The translations under genes were made by a program, and so were the position numbers. A stretch of DNA of 64,000 nt. Origin: a virus. The stretch spans positions 1 through 64,000 of IMG/VR virus record IMGVR_UViG_3300014913_000759; one strand, written 5' to 3'. Every line of letters starts with the position of its first letter. Within the stretch, counting starts at the first letter, position 1. Shown in pieces: positions 1 to 7,417 of this stretch. The notes under the pieces are model-generated. The model made no database searches, was not told where the DNA came from, and saw nothing but the letters and a program-made list of their open reading frames with translations.

Positions 1-152
1 ATATAATCTTCGAGCTCTGTCTCTATTGCCCAAAGATTGTGGCCAGGACCAATCTCCAGATGGAGTTTATCCATGAATTTATACGCACGTACTTCACCGC
101 TCTGGTAAAGCAATTCACCATCTCTAAAATAAATAAGTCCTCTTTTAGGCAT
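1..152 (-). CDS. Hypothetical protein, 3' end runs off the window (MPKRGLIYFRDGELL...)
   Basis: ATG at 152 overlaps the TAA of the upstream gene (TAATG); frame is open to position 1. Confidence 0.6.
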   Translation of the reverse strand, partial: MPKRGLIYFRDGELLYQSGEVRAYKFMDKLHLEIGPGHNLWAIETELEDY

Positions 153-430
153 TATTCTTCCTTATCAGATAGGTCTACCGTGCCTCTAAAACGAAGGTTG
201 ATGTTAATATTGACACCAACAGCCGCCTTTTCATCGATTTTTGCATCGCTTCCGTCCACGTAAGTTTCCAAGACCGGATGTGCATACTTAATACCTACGT
301 TGCCGGCGATAGCGTTGGGAAGATATATATCCAATAACGAATTTAGCTCGTCACGGACATAGGTTTCCCATTCTGCTGCCATTTTAGCAAGTTCCTCTTC
401 CGTTGGCTCAATTCTTTCTTCATCGGCCAT
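152..430 (-). CDS. Hypothetical acidic protein (MADEERIEP...)
   Basis: AAAGGAGG RBS before ATG at 430; the ORF-track start at 475 falls inside the tRNA. Confidence 0.7.
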   Translation of the reverse strand: MADEERIEPTEEELAKMAAEWETYVRDELNSLLDIYLPNAIAGNVGIKYAHPVLETYVDGSDAKIDEKAAVGVNININLRFRGTVDLSDKEE

Positions 431-447
431 GATAATTCCTCCTTTAA

Positions 448-522
448 TGGAGCGGATAACGGGACTCGAACCCATCCCTCCAGCTCGGCAAGCTAGCGTG
501 CTGCCGCTAACACCATATCCGC
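448..522 (-). tRNA. tRNA-Gly (GCC) with encoded CCA
   Basis: Acceptor stem GCGGATA/TATCCGC + TCCA (U73); D arm GTGT/GCAC; anticodon arm CTAGC-TTGCCGA-GCTGG; T arm ATGGG-TTCGAGT-CCCGT. Confidence 0.95.
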
Positions 523-989
523 TACTTCACTTCCTTTTTCATTTCCTTTTCTTGTTCGTATACATCCAAAGCAAGACGTCCAAGTTTCCTTGACCACTCA
601 GGATCGTCCTGGTTCAGCCTGATTTCTTCGTAGAAATCTTCGATTTCATGTCCAATAAGTTTAGCAGAGCCCTTCTCATCTAAAAATACATGGCGCATTT
701 CGTGAGATAGGATTCTCCTCTTGTCTTTCTCGCTAGCAAGTTCCCACGCTTTCTTGTTGACGGTGAGAATGTAGTCGTATCCGTCCACCGCAATGTCGTC
801 CTTGGTGAAAAACTTAATTTTTTCACTGGCCAAAGCGATGTCGGCTAGAATGAAACAGCCCTTACTAACCTTCTTTTTTGTATCGAAAACCAATTTGTAT
901 TTGAGATGTGCTTTATTAGGAAATCTATCTTCTAGGATCTCCAGAAACACCTCTACTAAATTTTCGTTACACTCTTCGTATCGCATCAT
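522..989 (-). CDS. Putative phage metallopeptidase (zincin)
   Basis: HEMRH motif followed by GHEIEDF, as in the phage metallopeptidase family. Confidence 0.75.
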   Translation of the reverse strand: MMRYEECNENLVEVFLEILEDRFPNKAHLKYKLVFDTKKKVSKGCFILADIALASEKIKFFTKDDIAVDGYDYILTVNKKAWELASEKDKRRILSHEMRHVFLDEKGSAKLIGHEIEDFYEEIRLNQDDPEWSRKLGRLALDVYEQEKEMKKEVK

Positions 990-1450
990 GTCCTTCTCCT
1001 CTCCTTAAAGATCAAATTTTCGTGCTCCAATACCTTATTATAAGCACGCCTGAACCTTTTGTCAAGTTTTTTTGCCGATTTTTTATTCTTTTTTCTTTGT
1101 TTGTCGAACTCTCCGTCATAAACATCGTCTTTAAGATTCTCATAAGGAAACTCTTCTTCCAGAAAAAAGAACGGCAATGATATACTTTTGGACTCTGTCT
1201 TTTTTGAAACAAAATCCGTGATCTTCATACAAACAAACACATGAAAGACGCCACCAAGATTACCATAATCCTTTCGCCATTTCCTAGGTATAGGTATATC
1301 CAACCTATTGATGGTGTCGCATATATACATCACCAGATTCTCAACAGCAACCATGTGCCACGGCACTTTCTCTAAATAAATAGTACCGGTATACCAATAA
1401 TCATTAAATCCTATAAACCACTGCTTCATGAGCGCTTTCCCATTGACCAA
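986..1450 (-). CDS. Hypothetical protein
   Basis: ORF coupled to neighbours on the coding strand. Confidence 0.6.
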   Translation of the reverse strand: MVNGKALMKQWFIGFNDYWYTGTIYLEKVPWHMVAVENLVMYICDTINRLDIPIPRKWRKDYGNLGGVFHVFVCMKITDFVSKKTESKSISLPFFFLEEEFPYENLKDDVYDGEFDKQRKKNKKSAKKLDKRFRRAYNKVLEHENLIFKERRRT

Positions 1451-1701
1451 TTTTCGTCAAAATAATCTTTGAGTTTTTTCAGATCGTTGACCAAGCTTTT
1501 GGATTCTTGTAGTCTCCTCTTGGCCCTCTCCTTGGCTTTAGCTCTTTTCTTTCTATTTCTCTTCCACTTTCTATAGCGCTCAAAGCATGCGGCCTGCTGC
1601 TGTTTGTGCTCCAACTTCGTGTCCTCTTTAGAAAAATACTTCATACAACGTGAGACGTAATCGTTCTGTGACTCGTCCTTGCTCGGTGTCGGTAATGGCA
1701 T
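1426..1701 (-). CDS. Small basic hypothetical protein (PLPTP...YVSRCM...QAACF + K/R tract)
   Basis: AAGGAGA RBS; very basic C-terminal half. Confidence 0.65.
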   Translation of the reverse strand: MPLPTPSKDESQNDYVSRCMKYFSKEDTKLEHKQQQAACFERYRKWKRNRKKRAKAKERAKRRLQESKSLVNDLKKLKDYFDENWSMGKRS

Positions 1702-1761
1702 TCTATCTATTCTCCTTTCAATTTGTGTATATAAAAACAGGGCCTGTAGCAGAAAATTAGT

Positions 1762-2259
1762 TTATTCTACCTTAATTTTGACCGGCTTAACCTTATCCGG
1801 TTCCTCAAGCACCTTGCCTACTCGGCACGTCGCAATACCATCCTTGTGCGTACACGAGGCATCGGCCGCATCAATCTCCAAAGGAAATCGCAAAACTCTT
1901 CGAAAAGACCGACTCGAAATCTCCTTGAGAAGGTAATCACACTCTTCTTCATTCTCCTCTCGGTGCTCAAGTTTGATAAAAAGACAGTTATCTTTAAGCT
2001 CGAGTTCTAAATCTTCTTTGCCAAAACCTGCCATGGCAACTTCAATTTTGTAGGCATCATCTTCGTCGATGACGTTGACTTTTGGAAGCGTCATCTTCGG
2101 CTGCATCTCTTCAAAAACTTTGGTATGCCACATGCCGAAGTCGTTAAATCCATCCAAGAAACGCCTCTCAAAGTTATCAACCATGTCATGTAAACGATCA
2201 AAATTAATTAGTCTGCTCAATGAGCCATTTGGTCTAGTAATAAGATCTTTATTTTTCAT
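1762..2259 (-). CDS. Small heat-shock protein, Hsp20/alpha-crystallin family
   Basis: PKVNVIDEDDAYKIEVAMAGFGKEDLELEL...EISSRSFRRVLRFP...KDGI; C-terminal IKV (IxI/V) motif; AAGGAGG RBS before ATG at 2259. Confidence 0.92.
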   Translation of the reverse strand: MKNKDLITRPNGSLSRLINFDRLHDMVDNFERRFLDGFNDFGMWHTKVFEEMQPKMTLPKVNVIDEDDAYKIEVAMAGFGKEDLELELKDNCLFIKLEHREENEEECDYLLKEISSRSFRRVLRFPLEIDAADASCTHKDGIATCRVGKVLEEPDKVKPVKIKVE

Positions 2260-2305
2260 GACTTTATCCTCCTTTACCTTATATATTAAACTACAAGCCC
2301 TGGTT

Positions 2306-2647
2306 TTAAATTTCCAGTCCGAAAAACGCATCACTTCCGTATGGTAAAACAAAAGCTCCCGGACACAGTCTCAGCATTAAGGCACATGCTGGGATGTTCC
2401 AGGAGTGGATTATTACTTTAGCATCGCTATTTATTGTCATGCCGCTGCCAAGATATGAGGCGACGTCGGAGCCGCTGCCATTATTCAAGCCAAGGTCATG
2501 GTCCAAAAACACATAATCATACATCTCTTCATTTAAATAAATGATAGCGTCTTGTGCATTCTCTGTAATTGTAAGTTCATAATCAGAGAACCTTTCCAGA
2601 AAGTACTTGACTCTTTCTGTGCTGTCCTCTAAAATCAAAATTCTCAT
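2306..2647 (-). CDS. Stand-alone receiver-fold protein, cyclic-phosphate-processing (cREC)-like
   Basis: ILILED...FLDHDLG...SGSDVA...IIHSWN signature; no canonical REC Lys-Pro. Confidence 0.75.
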   Translation of the reverse strand: MRILILEDSTERVKYFLERFSDYELTITENAQDAIIYLNEEMYDYVFLDHDLGLNNGSGSDVASYLGSGMTINSDAKVIIHSWNIPACALMLRLCPGAFVLPYGSDAFFGLEI

Positions 2648-2662
2648 AAATCCCAGCCTTTT

Positions 2663-2833
2663 CTATCCGCATGCACCACAATTGGTGGCTTTTATCTTTT
2701 CCACCAATCGTTTGATCTCGACAATCTTGCGTTGATGATCAATCTTAGCCTCGTCTCGATCAAGCTCCCACTCCATAATTTTTTCTTCTAAAAATTCCAG
2801 AACGTCTTGCCCGTCACTAGGTCGATTTTTCAT
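2663..2833 (-). CDS. Small hypothetical protein, 56 aa (MKNRPSDGQD...TNCGACG), missing from the ORF track
   Basis: ATG directly after the upstream TAA, GAGGGTG upstream; fills the gap between genes. Confidence 0.55.
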   Translation of the reverse strand: MKNRPSDGQDVLEFLEEKIMEWELDRDEAKIDHQRKIVEIKRLVEKIKATNCGACG

Positions 2834-3247
2834 TTAGTCACCCTCTACATCCTGAATTTTGTGTATTTCTTCCGTTATCATCTGCCTGGTCATATTTTCC
2901 ACGGTGCTTCTAACGAAAAAGTATGATATTGTCATAAGACTAAAAGTTATAAGTACTACCGCAATCATAGTGGTTACGCGTGCTTTTATACTCTTAGTGG
3001 TTTTGCCTATACACGCTATGTTCTTTTTCATCTCGGCACAATCATAACCTCTAGTCACACACACAGAAGCCATGTCATTAAGGTCAGGCTGCTTTTCAAT
3101 ACACTTTGTTAAATCACCGACTACACGCGTTAAATCTTTTATAGCCTCAGTATTCTGGTCGCTAGAATTTTTGACCTGGTCAAAAAGCTTTATCGCTATA
3201 CTTTCAGGTATTTTATCGCCATCAGCTACCATGATTTTACACCCCAT
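2834..3247 (-). CDS. Coiled-coil protein with one transmembrane helix
   Basis: Hydrophobic stretch MIAVVLITFSLMTISYFFV. Confidence 0.6.
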   Translation of the reverse strand: MGCKIMVADGDKIPESIAIKLFDQVKNSSDQNTEAIKDLTRVVGDLTKCIEKQPDLNDMASVCVTRGYDCAEMKKNIACIGKTTKSIKARVTTMIAVVLITFSLMTISYFFVRSTVENMTRQMITEEIHKIQDVEGD

Positions 3248-3443
3248 CTGGTGATTTTAGTTTATTACCGCACATCGGACAAAACTGTATTCCCAGACCA
3301 TATTTATGAACCTGAGTATGAGCCCTTTCTTTGGATAACTCTATCCAATTTATTATCCACCCATACTCAGGTATATATTTAAACAGGTCTTTGTGATTAC
3401 TCTTTAGATTTTTCCATTCCTCACATGTACAAAAATCAATCAT
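3237..3443 (-). CDS. Small Zn-ribbon hypothetical protein
   Basis: CxC near the N-terminus and FCPMCG at the C-terminus. Confidence 0.6.
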   Translation of the reverse strand: MIDFCTCEEWKNLKSNHKDLFKYIPEYGWIINWIELSKERAHTQVHKYGLGIQFCPMCGNKLKSPDGV

Positions 3444-3446
3444 TTA

Positions 3447-3983
3447 TTACCTGAGTGTTCCGTCATAAGCTCTTGGGTAATCATACTTTCCACCGAAAGA
3501 TCTCCATCCCTCAGTTGGGTAATTCTTGCCTGAGACCCATGGGCCACGAGAAGCCTGTGTGTCAGAGACGTCCATCCCAGGCGCATCGATTTGCGCATTA
3601 GGTGTGTCACGACCCATAAGATCGTCCTTGCCACCCATGGACATACCCATTCTTACAAACTGTTCGTCGCGAATCGTCTTGACGGTGGAACCCCAAACAT
3701 AAGGATTCGGATTAAATTCAGCGTCAAAACCACGTGCAGTACCACGAAGGTCATGTACGCCAAAAGCATCGGCGCCTTCCATAATGCCCTTCATCTTGAA
3801 GCCATAATTAATACCCGTATAATCGTCACTTCTCCTGGTTCCGTATCTAAGTGCGCCAAAATTGGACATTTTCATATCCAGATTTCTCATCTGGTGCGAC
3901 GAAGACCCAGTGGCCCAATCGTGGCCGATTGCATGCGGCTCAAGTTGGAAAAAGTTCCATTCGTTAGAGTTAGTGTTAGACAT
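3447..3983 (-). CDS. Hypothetical G/D/aromatic-rich protein
   Basis: GGAGG RBS and its own promoter at 4035-4063. Confidence 0.7.
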   Translation of the reverse strand: MSNTNSNEWNFFQLEPHAIGHDWATGSSSHQMRNLDMKMSNFGALRYGTRRSDDYTGINYGFKMKGIMEGADAFGVHDLRGTARGFDAEFNPNPYVWGSTVKTIRDEQFVRMGMSMGGKDDLMGRDTPNAQIDAPGMDVSDTQASRGPWVSGKNYPTEGWRSFGGKYDYPRAYDGTLR

Positions 3984-4034
3984 GTTTTACATCCTCCGTA
4001 AAATAATATGCGAGGCTTTAGCGCCTCTACTTAT

Positions 4035-4063
4035 ATTATAGTACAGAGACCGCGATTTGTTAA
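4035..4063 (-). promoter_or_regulatory. Sigma70-like promoter TTAACA-N17-TATAAT
   Basis: Intergenic; same architecture as the promoter at 5326-5354. Confidence 0.7.
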
Positions 4064-4072
4064 GAATTTTTT

Positions 4073-4633
4073 TTAAATAAAGTCAAAAAGTCTGACTTTT
4101 ATACCGCTCGTCTTCAACAAATAGTCCGTAGTTTTATCGTAAATAGTGAAACTTGTTACAATAAGTTCTTCTACACCAGCATTGATGATCTTAACCAGGC
4201 ATTTCGCACATGGAACTCCGCAGGTCATATACATCGCGCTTCCTCGAGTTTCAATACCCATACGCGCAGCGTTCAAGATGGCATTTTCTTCGGCATGTCC
4301 TGCTGGGCACCATTCAATACCCTCGCCGGAGGCCAGGTTTAAGAGCCTCCTTGGGCACTGGTCTTTGATTCTTGAATTAAATAGTTTACCGTCCGGATCA
4401 CTTTTGCGAACTAAGTCTGCGTCGGGCAAACTGTCCCAATAGGCTTCGAAGAGATTTGCATCCTCAAACCAGCGTTGGTTGCACGGAGGCACACCGCGTG
4501 GAGGGCCGTTATAACCAGTCGAAAAAACTGATTTATCCCTCACTAGGATGGCTCCGATCTGGCGAGAGTAACACTTACTGTTATTAGCTACGGCTTCGCA
4601 GATCCCATGAAAATATTCATCCCAACTAATCAT
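4073..4633 (-). CDS. dCMP deaminase (ComEB family)
   Basis: SKC..RQIGA, TGYNG, HAEENA and PCAKC Zn motifs. Confidence 0.93.
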   Translation of the reverse strand: MISWDEYFHGICEAVANNSKCYSRQIGAILVRDKSVFSTGYNGPPRGVPPCNQRWFEDANLFEAYWDSLPDADLVRKSDPDGKLFNSRIKDQCPRRLLNLASGEGIEWCPAGHAEENAILNAARMGIETRGSAMYMTCGVPCAKCLVKIINAGVEELIVTSFTIYDKTTDYLLKTSGIKVRLFDFI

Positions 4634-4988
4634 TTTCCTCTACCTCTCCGTAATACTTATACATCATATTAAATCCAGCCAATATGACGTTCTGTTTGTA
4701 CTGTATGAACGCCTGTCTCGCATCATATATATAATCATTTATGGACAAAACATCAACATAATGTCTAAACAACACCTCACGCATATACTCTCTCATGTCC
4801 TGTTCAATCATATCGGTGTCACGACTACTGTTAACTGCGTTGCTTAACGCCACAAGACGTTTGCTTAGTTCATTCTCAGCGGTGGCGGCATCCCGTCGAA
4901 CATGGATATCGGCTGCTTTTGCATCGATGTGTGTTACCATCCATAGTTGTCCACTGTCTGATGTTTCGACATTACTGAGCTTAATCAT
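4626..4988 (-). CDS. Hypothetical protein
   Basis: ORF coupled to neighbours. Confidence 0.6.
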   Translation of the reverse strand: MIKLSNVETSDSGQLWMVTHIDAKAADIHVRRDAATAENELSKRLVALSNAVNSSRDTDMIEQDMREYMREVLFRHYVDVLSINDYIYDARQAFIQYKQNVILAGFNMMYKYYGEVEEND

Positions 4989-5001
4989 TTCAGAAACTCC
5001 C

Positions 5002-5283
5002 TTACTTTTCGTCTGAATTTTCTTCAGTGTCCAATACTTCGTTCTCTAAAATAGAAGACCAAGACAAATCAACTTCATCTAGATTCTTCATAAGCTTTTC
5101 TTTATTCTCTTCTGTGCTATACTGCAAAAGAACCATGCGTTCGATTTGTGCACAGTTTGGACATTTAATATCCAGAACAATCGCCGCGTCCTCTGGTTGT
5201 GGTTTTATTAGGCAAAAACCCTTGGTTCCACAATCACATTCGTAAGTTATCTTGTTGTCCTCGTTTCCTGTTGCTCGAATCAT
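5002..5283 (-). CDS. Zn-ribbon hypothetical protein
   Basis: CDCG...CPNC; AGGAGG RBS before ATG at 5283. Confidence 0.65.
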   Translation of the reverse strand: MIRATGNEDNKITYECDCGTKGFCLIKPQPEDAAIVLDIKCPNCAQIERMVLLQYSTEENKEKLMKNLDEVDLSWSSILENEVLDTEENSDEK

Positions 5284-5325
5284 AATGGTAATCCTCCTAT
5301 CCTTTTGAGGTAACCCTCTACCATT

Positions 5326-5354
5326 ATTATAGTACAAAAACTATGTTTTATTAA
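5326..5354 (-). promoter_or_regulatory. Sigma70-like promoter TTAATA-N17-TATAAT
   Basis: Shares TGTACTATAAT-N4-GTAGAGG with the 4035 promoter. Confidence 0.65.
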
Positions 5355-5637
5355 GTCTTTTCTTGTAATCTTCACTATAAATAACACATAATACCATAAT
5401 AACAATACTAAATAATATATTCAAACCGTTACAGAGCATTAGGCTTGGGCTACTGTTGTCATATCCATATCTAAACCAAGAAACTTGTCCAAAATATATA
5501 ACAAACCAAGCCAACAAGCTAATGTCGTCGCTAGACTTACGCTTAAGTAGCTTCAGGATCTGGGGTATCTCCGCTATCGCCGTCACAAACCCCACTATTA
5601 TCATCCAAATCTCCATCGGGCTCAGCATGTTCACCAC
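5341..5637 (-). CDS. SemiSWEET / PQ-loop family membrane transporter
   Basis: Three TM helices; IPQILK..KRKSSDDIS, W..YG and terminal Asn motifs. Confidence 0.85.
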   Translation of the reverse strand: MVNMLSPMEIWMIIVGFVTAIAEIPQILKLLKRKSSDDISLLAWFVIYFGQVSWFRYGYDNSSPSLMLCNGLNILFSIVIMVLCVIYSEDYKKRLNKT

Positions 5638-5815
5638 CTACGGTTACTGTTAGCAATCCTGGCGCAGGGTAAAACCCTGTGCACGCTGTATTATTTTCGC
5701 ACGGTTTGCATGTCGTGCAGTCTCCCATTCCTTTCGGTCTCATCCAGGTTGGAAGAGAAAACTTCGGTCTAAACAATTGGTTTATACATTTTTTGTGTTC
5801 TTCACAAGCAGACAC
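5543..5815 (-). CDS. Cys-rich hypothetical protein
   Basis: CxxCxxC..C cluster; GGAGG RBS; 3' end overlaps the SemiSWEET gene by about 95 nt. Confidence 0.5.
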   Translation of the reverse strand: MSACEEHKKCINQLFRPKFSLPTWMRPKGMGDCTTCKPCENNTACTGFYPAPGLLTVTVGGEHAEPDGDLDDNSGVCDGDSGDTPDPEAT

Positions 5816-5827
5816 AATGGCCTCCTG

Positions 5828-6178
5828 TTAGTCTAACAATTTGCCAAAAAGAGGGATCATGGTACCCTCGACACCAGGTATTTCCGGAGTCACATCAACA
5901 ACAAAGGCTTTGCCGGCGAAACCCTTACTGTCCTTGGTCTCGCTGTACACAGCCTTAAGCCAGATGTATTTTGCTGCTCCGAATATGGAGGTTTTTCTTC
6001 CTGAATAATTATCGATGAGAATCCTTGCTTTGGTGGCATTGCCTTTCTTATAATAGGATCCATCATAAATATAGTCACTGTCGCCGCCTACCATTTTACC
6101 GCTTTCCATGATCATAAAGCCGCCGCCCTCACCGACTGGCGTCTTAAATGTGATTTTATACTTACCATCCTTTAACAT
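5828..6178 (-). CDS. GrlR-family beta-barrel protein
   Basis: KDGKYKITFKT..GEGGG....GKMVGGD..YIYDGSY...SIFG resembles the GrlR N-terminal pattern. Confidence 0.65.
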   Translation of the reverse strand: MLKDGKYKITFKTPVGEGGGFMIMESGKMVGGDSDYIYDGSYYKKGNATKARILIDNYSGRKTSIFGAAKYIWLKAVYSETKDSKGFAGKAFVVDVTPEIPGVEGTMIPLFGKLLD

Positions 6179-6179
6179 T

Positions 6180-6791
6180 TTATTTCCCCACTTTCCTAAA
6201 AGATTTTCTATGGTATTCACTGGCGCCATAGAGTCTAATCATTTCGATGTGTTCTTTGGTTAAATAACCTTTGTTTTTTATCCAGTTATAAACTGGTAAA
6301 ACATAGTGCAACTCCGCCATAAGCTCGTCGCGCGTAGTCTTGGCTAAAATACTGGCTGCTGCAATAGAGATGGAAATATTATCACCCTTAATAATTTGTT
6401 GCTGTGGTAGGTGTAATTTTTTAATCTTTACGTTACCATCTATAAGAACATGATCTACATACTCCAAGCCGGCAATAGCCTTACGCATAGCTATCTTAGT
6501 TGCCTCTAATATATTAATTTCATCTATAATTTTGTTATCGATAACGCCGATGCCGTAATCACAGGTATTTATAATAACCTCACGCATAGATTCTCGGCGG
6601 CGAGGAGTCATCTTCTTTGAGTCTTTGACTTTTCCTTCAAGCGTGGACAAGGAAGCATCTGGCACCCTCACAGCGGCAGCGACTACAGGGCCTGCGCCGG
6701 GGCCTCGGCCTGCCTCGTCGACGCCTGCGATATAAGAGTACCCATCAGCCTTAAGCTTGTTTTCATAGTCATAAGATGGTAAAGTTTCCAT
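6180..6791 (-). CDS. rnhB: Ribonuclease HII
   Basis: GVDEAGRGP, DSKK, LIDG, KGD..SISIAAASILAK, NKGY, HRKSF. Confidence 0.96.
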   Translation of the reverse strand: METLPSYDYENKLKADGYSYIAGVDEAGRGPGAGPVVAAAVRVPDASLSTLEGKVKDSKKMTPRRRESMREVIINTCDYGIGVIDNKIIDEINILEATKIAMRKAIAGLEYVDHVLIDGNVKIKKLHLPQQQIIKGDNISISIAAASILAKTTRDELMAELHYVLPVYNWIKNKGYLTKEHIEMIRLYGASEYHRKSFRKVGK

Positions 6792-7030
6792 TACTCGAGT
6801 CCCTCTATTATCTCTCGTGAAAGAGTCCTTATTGCTTTGAACTTCTCAAATCTTCCAAGGCTGTAAGTATTAATTTGCTGTTCGGCGAACTTGGTAAGGT
6901 TTTTTTGAATGTTTTTCTTACAAAAAGGACACCATACTTCAATAACAGGACCAAGTACTTTGGTGTTGTACATAGCCAATCCATGCATCTTGCCACAACG
7001 TAGACACTTAACAGTAATTTCACCCATCAT
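6791..7030 (-). CDS. Zn-ribbon hypothetical protein
   Basis: CLRC...CPFC. Confidence 0.6.
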   Translation of the reverse strand: MMGEITVKCLRCGKMHGLAMYNTKVLGPVIEVWCPFCKKNIQKNLTKFAEQQINTYSLGRFEKFKAIRTLSREIIEGLE

Positions 7031-7368
7031 TACTTGTCTCCTTCGTCTTCTTTTGTAGCCGTAGTGGTAAAGCGGCTTAGATCTCCCGTAAGAGGGTGAC
7101 CTGTACTCACTGGTGCAACTTGATTTTGTGCTGCCTTTTTTTGCGCCTCAGCTAACATGCTTTGAAGTAGTTCTTTGCGCTCCTTCTTACTCATCCAGAA
7201 CCAATCGGGCCTGCGAGTAGTGGGAATAGGCTGCTTAAAACCAACTTTTTCCACATCCTTCTTGAACTTGTCACAGACACGTCTTTTCTTCAGCTTTACT
7301 TTGGTCTTCTTAAAACTACAAAAGCCGCCTGTTTGGTTCAAACAAATACCACAAATCACTTTTCCCAT
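7030..7368 (-). CDS. Cys-containing basic hypothetical protein
   Basis: CGIC..C...C; lies downstream of the promoter at 7390-7417. Confidence 0.6.
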   Translation of the reverse strand: MGKVICGICLNQTGGFCSFKKTKVKLKKRRVCDKFKKDVEKVGFKQPIPTTRRPDWFWMSKKERKELLQSMLAEAQKKAAQNQVAPVSTGHPLTGDLSRFTTTATKEDEGDK

Positions 7369-7389
7369 AATACACCTGCCTTTCCTAAA

Positions 7390-7417
7390 AACATAATACA
7401 TTTTTCACATATGTCAA
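7390..7417 (-). promoter_or_regulatory. Sigma70-like promoter TTGACA-N16-TATGTT
   Basis: Same TGTATTATGTTTT element and spacing as 43797-43824. Confidence 0.6.

Noticed and set aside
431-475. ORF-track N-terminal extension of 152..475
   Set aside because: Overlaps the tRNA; the strong RBS supports ATG 430. Starts were similarly shortened for Hsp20, sqdB, dut, the KdsC-like gene and two GTs.
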